A stretch of DNA of 63,810 bases, filler included, from Collodictyon triciliatum (taxonomy: Eukaryota): the NCBI GenBank assembly GCA_043381765.1. It is 6 parts of 6 records of this genome, joined end to end, with 100 filler letters (N's around TTAATTAATTAA, not from the genome) between each part and the next. Parts side by side here need not be neighbours in the genome. Positions count along the whole stretch, not along the records: positions 36,365 to 48,374 come from JBHJMP010002257.1; 5 more parts are not named here. One strand, given 5' to 3'. The notes under the pieces were generated by a model. The model was given only the letters and a program-made list of their open reading frames with translations, did no database searches and was not told the origin of the DNA. Positions 37,502-47,000 of this stretch are shown one piece after another; positions within the stretch are counted from its first letter, which is position 1, and each line of letters begins with the position of its first letter. A program made the translations under genes and the position numbers.

Positions 37502-39905
37502 TACTTCGTCAACACGCAACAACCGGCCCGAGCCGCAGCAGCAACGCCGGCACCAAAGTCACCGCCGCCGCCCATGCATTCGAGTCGCTTTCGCAACCGG
37601 GCCAAAGCAGCTGCCGCAAAGGCCAGGAAGGAGATTCTGTTGCCGCCGATGATCACTGCGCGCGAACTGGCCAGTCAGATGTCTGTCCGCGTTGTGGATG
37701 TGCTCAAGGTCATGATCCGCATGGGCGAGAAGCCAAAGACTGCCAATGAGATGATCCCGGTGGATCTTGCAGAGCTCATTCTCATGGAGAAGCAGTATCC
37801 TTGGAAGCGGATTACGCAGCGGCAGGTCGATATTGAGCCGCAGACCCACTTTGATGACGAATCGGCCCATCCTGACCATGAGTTTGTCACTCGCCCGCCA
37901 ATCGCCACCATCATGGGCCACGTCGACCATGGCAAAACAACGCTGCTGGATGCTTTGCGGGAAACTAGTGTTGCTGCAAAGGAGGCGGGTGGGATTACCC
38001 AGCACGTAGGCGCTTTTGCAGGTTTGATGACCTCATTCTTTCCTATCTTGATTTTAATTTGTATTTTATTAGAGATGTTTTTTTTTTACATTTTTTTTTT
38101 TACATTTTGTTTGTAATTTTCAAATGCTTGATTAATAAATGTTGGGTTTTTAATTTTCTTATGATTCGTGTTGCTACGCTACGTTTACTTTATTTTAAAA
38201 TATTTTCCTGTGGATTTCTAGTTGAATTAGACTCTGGCTCGAAGATTACTTTTCTGGATACTCCGGGGCATGCTGCGTTTTCGTCCATGAGAGAGCGTGG
38301 GGCGCGATTGACTGATATGATTGTGCTAGTTGTTTCAGCAGAAGACAGTGTGAAACCTCAAACAATAGAGGTTATCAAGCATGCAGAGGTATGAGTTCTT
38401 CGTCGATATCAATAATCGAAAGAGCAATTATTTAATTTATATGGCATTTCTCAGATATTTTGAAAAGTGTGAATTTTTTTTTAAAAAAAAAGAAATTCAT
38501 CAAAATACTATAATTTACTGGATTTATATTTATCTTTCATCCTTGAGATGATTCTATACTAATAATATATTGAAATTTTTACCTTAAATTTACTGAATTA
38601 TAGAAAACTGAGGCGCCTTTAATTGTTGCAATCAATAAATGTGATAAGCCAGCGGCAAGACCTCAAAAAGTCAAAGAAGATCTTGTTGAATATGGAGTCC
38701 TGACAGAAGACTATGGTGGAGATGTGCAAAGTGTGCAAATATCTGCCCTGAAGAAAACAAACCTGGATAAACTTGAGGAGGCTATTATGCTGCAATCACA
38801 GTTTCTTCATATGAGAGCAAACATATCATGCCCACCCGAGGCGGTTGTTGTGGAATCCAGACTTTCTCATGGACAAGGACCTGTTTGTGTGGCTATTGTA
38901 AAACGTGGGACTCTGAAGAACGGACTGATGGTTGTTGCTGGAGAGCATTACGGAAAAATCCGGTCTTTAAAGACTCATGATGGCAAGATTTTAAAAGAGG
39001 TTTTCCCAGGCCATCCCGTCGAGGTAATGGGAATCAAAGGATTGCCAAGCCCAGGAGACTACATACTGACCGTTGAATCTGAAGAGCGTGCAAAGGAGAT
39101 TTGTGAATTCCGCGTTCAAAAGTCTAACGAACAGCGGGAGCAGATGCGTGCCAAAGAAATTCTTCGCGAGAGAGATACCGAAGAAGAGACTGCTATTCCG
39201 ACGCTTCCTTTGGTTATCAAAGCCGATGTAGCAGGAAGTATCGAGGCCATCACATCGACTCTGCATTACATTCCTGATAACCAGGTGCGCATCAAAGTCT
39301 TGGATGCGTCGGTGGGAAATGTGTCTGAATCTGATGTTATGGTCGCCGCCGCCGCAAAAGCAACAATATTGGCATTCAATTCCCGAGTAAACGCCGAAGT
39401 CACAGCCTGTGCTAAGCAGAATTATGTGACCATTCATCCATACCGCATTATATATCAGCTTCTCGATGGTATCCGAGACCTTATGTCTTCGCTGCTGCCA
39501 CCAGTAATCATTGAAACAGTTGTTGGGGAGGCCGAGGTTTTGCAAGTGTTTGAAATCAACGTCAAGAAGAAAGACCAAGACAGTGTTAAAGTTGCTGGCT
39601 GTCGTGTGTCCAATGGCCGTCTGCGCAGAGCTGAGAAGTTCCGTGTAATGCGAGAGGGAGAAGTTATTTTCACGGGGGATGCAGAGTCTCTTCGTCATTT
39701 AAAAGACAATGTGTCAGAAGTGAAGGTTGGCTCTGAGTGTGGTGTGTTATTAAATGGCTTTAGTGATATCCGAGGAGGAGATAAGATTCAGTGCATTACA
39801 CAACACAAGGAGAAGCAAGCAATCCCAGAAATCACGCCTGACTTCCTTGAAAGAAAAAAGCGTGAGGAAGAATACCGAAAGAATGCCGCAGAATCAAAAT
39901 TGTAA
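37502..39905 (+). CDS. MTIF2: Mitochondrial translation initiation factor IF-2 (5' end in gap); exons 37502-38021, 38222-38388, 38604-39905
   Basis: [73 protein letters not shown] and [19 protein letters not shown]; the spliceosomal introns show it is nuclear-encoded. Confidence 0.96.
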
Positions 39906-40586
39906 TGAACATCACGTGACAAAAATGAAGCAATAATAAAAGAAAGGTCAAAATGAAAAAAAAATAATAATTCCGGCCTTCTCACTTTCTGCATGGATTC
40001 ATAATTTGCTAATTAAGAAATAAATAAAATAAAATCTAAAGAAGAGGAAAAGTGTGAATCCAACTTTGTTTAATGGAACTAATACTATTAAATAAATAAT
40101 TCGTGCTGAGACCCTTCCAAATAGATGTGTTTTGCAATAGATTGCTGTTGGATTATCTTTTCATCTTTATTTTCCTTCCTTTTTGTTTTCCAGGTTGGGG
40201 GTGTATGCGTATTAGTGTTTGTCTATTGGCTATTTCTTTATTTATTCAAGCACAACTCAGCAAATAAACAGGAAATTAAAAAAAAGGAGCATATATGAGA
40301 TGCTTTTTTCGCACATAGAAGCTGAAATGGGGTGGAAAATAATCATGTAATATATAGGGGCATAATACAAAGTAAATCGCTCTTAAAGGACACAGCTTTT
40401 ATCGCAACTTTTGGCGGCGAAGCGAAGTGGGCTCTCTCAGACGCATGGCAGATACGGCCAAGTTTTGTTTTCTTTCATTTTATTCAGCTTGATGTTCGGG
40501 AGGTCCTTCGGGCTGGCATTTACGAGAGAGCCGCTGCGACTTGGGAGCCTGATGGCTGAAAGTAAGCGGCTATTATATAGTTATAA

Positions 40587-41038
40587 TTATTTGCCAGAAA
40601 GGCTCTTGAGCTCTATATCCCTTGCTGCAAACTTAGGGTTAGGATAGGGTTGCAACTCTGGGATACTTGACCTTGTTATTGGCTGAGACAATCCTGGGGT
40701 ATTGGATTGGGGTGAAGCGGAGCGAAACGTTCCCACAAAAATCGGAAGCGAAACATTGAGATTTAGGGACCGTGGCGGCATGATGGCCGACACCACCAAC
40801 CAGTATTTAAATCTAATGTATGGGTGATTCTCCATAGTTGGGGCTACATCCAAAGGTATGGTTAGTTTGGGATTGAAAAGTATATTTTGTGCACCAGGGT
40901 GGACGGATTTGGTTTCGATGAAAAGTTGACGGTCATGAAAGTTTGTGTCTGTGTGGCCTCTGGCTGTGTAAGACTCTTCTCGTCTGAGAAGAACTTCAAT
41001 CCCCCTAATCTCACTACTTGAACCATCAGAGATGGTAA
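40587..41038 (-). CDS. Last exon of an alpha-arrestin-like gene (arrestin C-terminal domain); upstream exons not found on this scaffold
   Basis: After a CAG acceptor: TISDGSSSEIRGIEVLLRREESYTARGH...LTIPLDVAPTMENHPYIRFKYWLVVSAIMPPRSLNLNVSLPIFVGTFRS, an Arrestin_C-like pattern. Confidence 0.7.
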
Positions 41039-41051
41039 CTGTTGGACATAA

Positions 41052-41093
41052 TGATACTTTTATATTCTATATACCTAGAATATAAAAGTATCA
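41052..41093. terminator. Perfect 18-bp-stem hairpin; candidate viral 3'-end signal or junction structure
   Basis: TGATACTTTTATATTCTA-tatacc-TAGAATATAAAAGTATCA, about 105 bp downstream of the last minus-strand viral ORF. Confidence 0.55.
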
Positions 41094-41198
41094 GTTTATT
41101 CCATCCTTTAATTAATTTCGCCTTTATATACCCCTAAATCCATCTATATATGGTAATTCCACATTAGGCAAGGAATGTTTGAGAAGGTTCCAGAACTT

Positions 41199-41507
41199 TT
41201 ATTCAAATGTGAAGGCAGTTCCATATTTGCGGATGATGACTGTGAAGGCTAGCAGCTGAAGTTCTTCGTCGTCTCCGTCTTCTTCAGAATAGTTTTTTTG
41301 CTGTCCTAGCAATTCATCGTGTAGTTCTTCTTCATCCATCTCGGGGTATGCTTTGCTCAGTCGCTGCATAGTCACACATCGAAGTTTGTAATTTGTATAC
41401 TGAATAGTTCCCTCATAATCCTTGGTCCAAATTTTTAGTTTACGGGTATTCGAGTCAAATTCAATTTGGCAATCGTGGCTTTCGACGTAGTAAGCAGTGT
41501 ACAACAT
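41199..41507 (-). CDS. Viral hypothetical protein, 102 aa, acidic C-terminal half
   Basis: MLYTAYYVESHDCQIEFDSNTRKLKIW...YGTAFTFE*; AAAATTGA lies on the same strand at 41574-41581. Confidence 0.6.
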   Translation of the reverse strand: MLYTAYYVESHDCQIEFDSNTRKLKIWTKDYEGTIQYTNYKLRCVTMQRLSKAYPEMDEEELHDELLGQQKNYSEEDGDDEELQLLAFTVIIRKYGTAFTFE

Positions 41508-41579
41508 TCTACAAAATTTCAAATTAGTATATGCGCTAGGTTTTGATATGTGGTATGAAATATATACAACATTTCAATT

Positions 41580-41735
41580 TTATACCGACGAATGTAATAA
41601 ATCTTTTTCACTTTTAAATTCAACTGTCCCACCACAGCAGCTCGACCTTTTCAAATGATCGACTGTGTATTTCCACAGTCTCTCTAAAACTAACACACAA
41701 GTCATAAGTAATGAAATTATTGTAATCGGTTCCAT
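41580..41735 (-). CDS. Viral 51-aa membrane microprotein (not in the ORF track)
   Basis: MEPITIISLLMTCVLVLERLWKYTVDHLKRSSCCGGTVEFKSEKDLLHSSV*. It starts 16 nt after the capsid stop and is preceded by the same TGTATAAT motif as the capsid gene. Confidence 0.65.
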   Translation of the reverse strand: MEPITIISLLMTCVLVLERLWKYTVDHLKRSSCCGGTVEFKSEKDLLHSSV

Positions 41736-41751
41736 TAATTATACAAATATT

Positions 41752-43386
41752 TTATTCTACTCTGAAGGTCTGCTGGTTGGATTGAATTTCAAGGACGGCG
41801 TCATACAAAGATGCAACAATAATATTATATGGCCCATCAGTGGCACCAATGGGAGCATTGAAGTTTAATCTTAGCGACATTAGCCCTGACCCGCTACTCT
41901 GGATATCTGTACCGACTATTTCCCCTTCGACCGCATCGAGTACTTTGCGGAGATTGAAGCCGATTAGGAATTCACTGGCAGGTCCTTGGAAGCTGCCTTG
42001 ATAAAATCGTCTAATGGCATCAGCTGCTGCTATTTGAGTTGTACTTTGTTGGGTACCCACACTATGTGTTATTGTAGAGTGGTTAGCATTAACTACAATG
42101 GAACAAGCAGTACCCGCTGTACCTTGAGCTGCACCTGCATTTACTTTTAATAAAGCTTGATTCACTGCCACGGAATTATCAGAAAATGCTATTGGTGGAG
42201 CAGTTACGGCAGGTTGATTAGCACCTGCAATTGCCTGAATGCTATACCCAGTCTCTAAATTCTGTAATTGATTCAAATAATTGCCTACAAAGTTTCGGCC
42301 ATCAAACCCAAACGGCCCGGTGTATTCACTTCACACGTGAGTGAGACCAAGCGCCTTTTGCAACTCCAAGAATGCTTGGGGCGCATTTCCTTCACAGTCC
42401 ATTGGCTGTAAGGGGTAGTAGAATGAGCCGAGTTGAAGTTGGGCATCAACAAGTGTTGGGGGTTTGTGCTTTCTATCTTTGCCAGGAACCATGAAAGTAG
42501 ACTGCTCTCGCTGCTTGAAAAATGCAATAAACACACTATTCAAACTTTTAACTGTATCATTAATATTAAAAACGTGCAATGTTTGTTGACCAGCAGGTAA
42601 GCTGTACATTGATGTCCTCCATGTCTTGTACGGAATTTGCAGGGGAATGCCTCGTTGAATACTTGATTGCAATTGCTGATGATACTCTGGAGCCATACGA
42701 ACAACATCGTAAGTCAAATAACATGAACTAATTTCGTATGTTGCTGTGGTTGGAGGAGCACCAGTAGTATTTAAATTTATTTGACAAGCGTCATTAGCAG
42801 GTGCCAATTCTATTTCAATCTGGAATGCTGAAACTGAATCAATCATAGATGTACTAATGAGACCTGAATAATTGCTAATGCCAGACAATCTAAAAGGAAC
42901 ACAATATTTTCGTGAAGTGGTGAATCCAGCATCGGCTGCTGCACTTGCAACTACAGATTGCATTCTTGTATAATAAGGACCTATACCCAAGACAGCTTGG
43001 CCAACACAATCATTATAATCTTTCGATAAGTAATTCATAAACATTGATTCCAAATAGGCATACCGTTGAATATCCTCTAAAAGGAAACTAGATCCTTTCC
43101 TAATGCGGAGATTTCCAATTACAGATTCAATGCTATTACAAAAAGTTGCGTGATAAGTTCCAGCAGGAGCAGAAACTTTAATTCGTGCTGAAAAATGAAG
43201 CATCAATGTATCCATATCAATCTCCATTCCAGTTTCGGAAGGTATGTTAAACAGTATTCGGTCAATTGACGTCGGTCCAAAGATTGAACCATTAAACGGA
43301 CTGATTCTAGTTGTGTGTCTCGCTAGAACTTTGTCATTGTAGTTTTTCACTCGCATGTACTTTGCTTCAGTAGGAAAATCGGCCAT
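41752..43386 (-). CDS. Major capsid protein (double jelly-roll, PLV type), 544 codons with one in-frame TGA at 42331-42333
   Basis: ORFs 42331-43386 and 41752-42276 share one frame (…GLTHV*SEYTGPFG…). Motifs ISPFNGSIFGP...ILFNIP...IDMDTLMLHF, SIESVIGNLRIRKG...LEDIQRY, QLGSFYYPLQP...AFLELQKALG, FLIGFNL and LYDAVLEI follow the PLV MCP pattern as I recall it. Confidence 0.8.
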
Positions 43387-43438
43387 ACTATTATACAGAA
43401 AATAATTTCAACATACATTGCGTTTAAAATGAATCCGG

Positions 43439-43656
43439 CCCCTCCAACAACTTTCCGCCTCCAAATGTTGAGGTTGATGGTTAGTGGCTAAGAATTTTTC
43501 CTGCCCAAATCCTTTATATATTTCTTCTTTTTTTATTTTAAAATTTTAAAATTTTAAAAAAATAAAATAGAAAAATATAGGCGATTGGAGCCCGGGGTTT
43601 TTGCCTCCAGCTCCACCAACCGATCATCAAGCGGAGGCGGAAAGTTGTTGGAGGGG
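43439..43656. repeat. ~220-bp imperfect palindrome with perfect 24-bp GC-rich outer arms and an AT-rich core
   Basis: CCCCTCCAACAACTTTCCGCCTCC (43439-43462) is the exact reverse complement of 43633-43656. The core includes TTTTAAAATTTTAAAATTTTAAAA. Confidence 0.92.
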
Positions 43657-43666
43657 GCGGCGGCGA

Positions 43667-44026
43667 TTATGTCATAGGCCGAAAACCTCGACCTGTTGAT
43701 GCCAAGACATAAGCCTGACCGAGGTCTTGAATTCCTGAACCTAGTGCCCGGGCATTTGTTAATTTAAATTCAGTATTTCCCAAGGTTGAAAGACCACGGC
43801 CCAAATAATTGGCTGCGGTAATTGTGCTGACCAAAGGATTGGCTATTGTTTGAAAAGCTGGTTTGATTCCTGTGCTTTGCAAGCCCAACTCGACTAAGCC
43901 ACCGGATGCTCGATTCAAATCTGAATATGCGTCGTCCAATCGTTTCAGTTTTTGTAATGCGCCTTCTGTATGTCTTGTTAGGAATCGACCGACACCTCTT
44001 GCACCTTTTCGTACGTCTACAATCAT
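43667..44026 (-). CDS. Viral 119-aa basic, Gly/Ala-rich hypothetical protein
   Basis: ATG at 44026: MIVDVRKGARGVGRFLTRHTEGALQKLKRL...GRGFRPMT*. Divergent from the large ORF with a 32-bp spacer. Confidence 0.65.
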   Translation of the reverse strand: MIVDVRKGARGVGRFLTRHTEGALQKLKRLDDAYSDLNRASGGLVELGLQSTGIKPAFQTIANPLVSTITAANYLGRGLSTLGNTEFKLTNARALGSGIQDLGQAYVLASTGRGFRPMT

Positions 44027-44058
44027 ATTATGGCCAAGAAAATTATATAAACTAAAGT

Positions 44059-47000
44059 ATGAGCGGAAAACAACCAACTCGTGAAGAAATTATTAAAATA
44101 TATGAAAAAGAGATGGCAAAAAAAGGATTTGATTTAACAACCTGGAGGGAAATTGGTAGGACACAATTTGGAATAGATACTTCCAGAATGCTTGCTCAAC
44201 GTCAAATTATAGAAGCTATTGCAGTAATTAAAGCAGATAAAGATATAAAAGAACAACAAGAAAAAGCAAAAAAACCTCAAACTACAACACCACGACCTCC
44301 AGCACAATCACCACGACCTACAGCACAATCACCTCTACCACAAGCAGAACCAGAACCAGAAACTGTTGAAATTGTAACAGAAAAAACTTTAAAAAGGTTA
44401 TATGCAAATTTTCCAAGGAAAGAGTTTGAAGATAAATTATATAAAGATTTTAAGCGTAGACTCCCCAAAGACTATAAAGAAGCAGATGCTGTAGATTTTT
44501 ATTTGAAATTACAAAAAGAAAATTATGTTAAAGTGATGGCAGAAAAATTTGCAAAAGCTGCCAAGACAAAAAACGATGTATTAAGATTTTATAAATTTTT
44601 TATTGATACAGCGGCAGGACTTGATGAATATGCCACATATGAACATCCATTAATGCAAGACATAGTAAACCATTCTAATACAACAGGAGTTAATATACAA
44701 AAGTTAGCTGAATTTGCACTTAATGATTATTATGACCAAATGTACAAAGTTACAGAATTTTTACAATTGTTGAAATCTGACAGTGTGGTTGATCAAAGAA
44801 AAGCCAAAAAAATGCAAGATGACGGAGAAGAACCAGGTGAGCCGTATGACTTGGAGGATTATATTGACCAATTGTTTAAAAAATATGTAAATGGATTGGT
44901 TGAAATAAAAGATGTAAAAAATTATCAAACATATTTAGAATGGTTCAAACAGCAACACCAACCGTATATTGTAAATGAATTTTTTTATGGGCAAGACGAA
45001 GAAAATCCAGATTGGAGAAATGAACGAAGCGAAATAAATTATTTACGGCAAGCTTTATTTGAAACTTTTAATCAAAAGAGTGTTGCAGAATATGAAGATT
45101 TGGTTTATAAATATGTTTACAACCCTGATGACACTGTTGACGACGTACTACAAAAATATGCAGATAGATTACTCGTATTGCAACCCGGTGCAGCTGTTAA
45201 TGCTAAATTTACTAAATGGCCAGCAAGTAAACTAGCAGAGACTATAGAAACACGTGAGGAAAAAAGTAGAAACCCATTTAAAGGTAAAGACTTGAATTTT
45301 GTTATCGGTGGACATGATTCTAAAACATTTTATTCTTATGTACCATATACAATAGAAGATACAGATGAACCACTAGGTGTAGCAGATCCAACACCGCAAA
45401 GACAATTAATAATGAGTCCTAAATCTTCAAAGTTTTTCTTTAGAATGCAAAAAGATAAACCTACAGAAGATACACCTACACAAGAAGAGACTGCAACTCC
45501 CATCCCTGAAACCAGAGAACAAAAAAGAGAAAGGATACAAAAAGAATTGCAAGAAAGACAACGGCGTGAATCTACCGCTATTACATCAAATGTTAGAGGA
45601 GCCGAAAATGTTGTAGAAGCAACTAAAAGTATAAGAGATCTTGAAAGAGTATTTGAACGAGAAGAACCTGTAGTTATTGATGATGATGAACCTGTTTTTA
45701 CACCAGATAAATCTATGATTTCTGCTCAATCAGGTGAAGAATCATTTGGCTCTTTTGAATCTGCTTCATCAGCTACATTTCAAAAGCCAACGACGCCCTA
45801 TGCTTTTTCACCAAGTTTGCTAGCTCCAGTGTCTATGTCTGGAGGAGCAGGCCAGCCAGGTAGAAGAACTTCAGTTCCAGCTATAACAACAAAAGCAACT
45901 GATGTATCACAAGCAAAATTTGGTACACCAACAGAAGGCACATTTGATACAAGTCAGCTTATACCAGGTCCCAGAAGCCATCAGGGCGGTACAATAACAC
46001 CAGAAGACCTAAAACCTATTACATTTGCAGATACTCCCGTTCCACAACCTCAGACACAATTAAGCGGTAGATTTGTAACAGACGCACCCGCACCACCTCC
46101 ACCAGACCTAACAAATGAATTGAAAGCGGCTAATGAAAATATTTTACAGTTACAAAGTGAAAAAGAACAATTACTAGAAACATACAAAATATCGGCAGAA
46201 AAAAATAAAAGTCTAAAAAGAGATAATGATAATTTGTCAAAATTATATGAAGGAACTAAGAGAACAAAAGACGGTTTGGAAAAAGAGGTGGAAAAACTAA
46301 AAAGTGTTGAAGTTACTTTAAAAACTAAAGAATCAGAATTGGCAGCACTTCAAGATACATACAGCTCATTAGTAACAGCACAAAAAGCTTCTAAAACTAG
46401 AAATGATAATTTAACTTCTGAAATTGCAGGCTATAAAGAACGAGAAGCAGGATTGATTAGAGCTAATGAAACATTAAAACAAGAATATGCTAGTCTAGAA
46501 GTTAATTACAAACTTTTAGAAAAAAAAAATACAACAGGTGCAGAAAATGTAGAAGCAATTAAAAAAGCTACTGAAACACTCAATGCACAATTAGCAACGG
46601 CAAATTCAAGATTAACTGAATTCGAAAGAAATTCAAGTGTAGTAGTTGCTGAAAGAAATAGACTCAGAGAAGATTTAAAAATTGCACAAGAACAGCTTAC
46701 GGATATAGATAGAGCAAAACAGCAAACAGATAGCCGCAATGTAGATTTAAATGCCCAAAATATTAGATTACAACAAAAAGTTGATGAATTACAATTAACA
46801 ATTCAACAAAATGAGCAAGATATTCAAGCATATAATCAACAAATAACGGAATTAACTGAAACTAACGCAACTGATACAGAACGATATAATGAATTAATTG
46901 AAAATTATATGGTGTTGCTTAAAAAATCTAATGTTGCTATGGCAGATGAACAAGTAGGCACTGAAATTGTAATGCGAGAAATGGGGGTAGGTAGTAGTAT

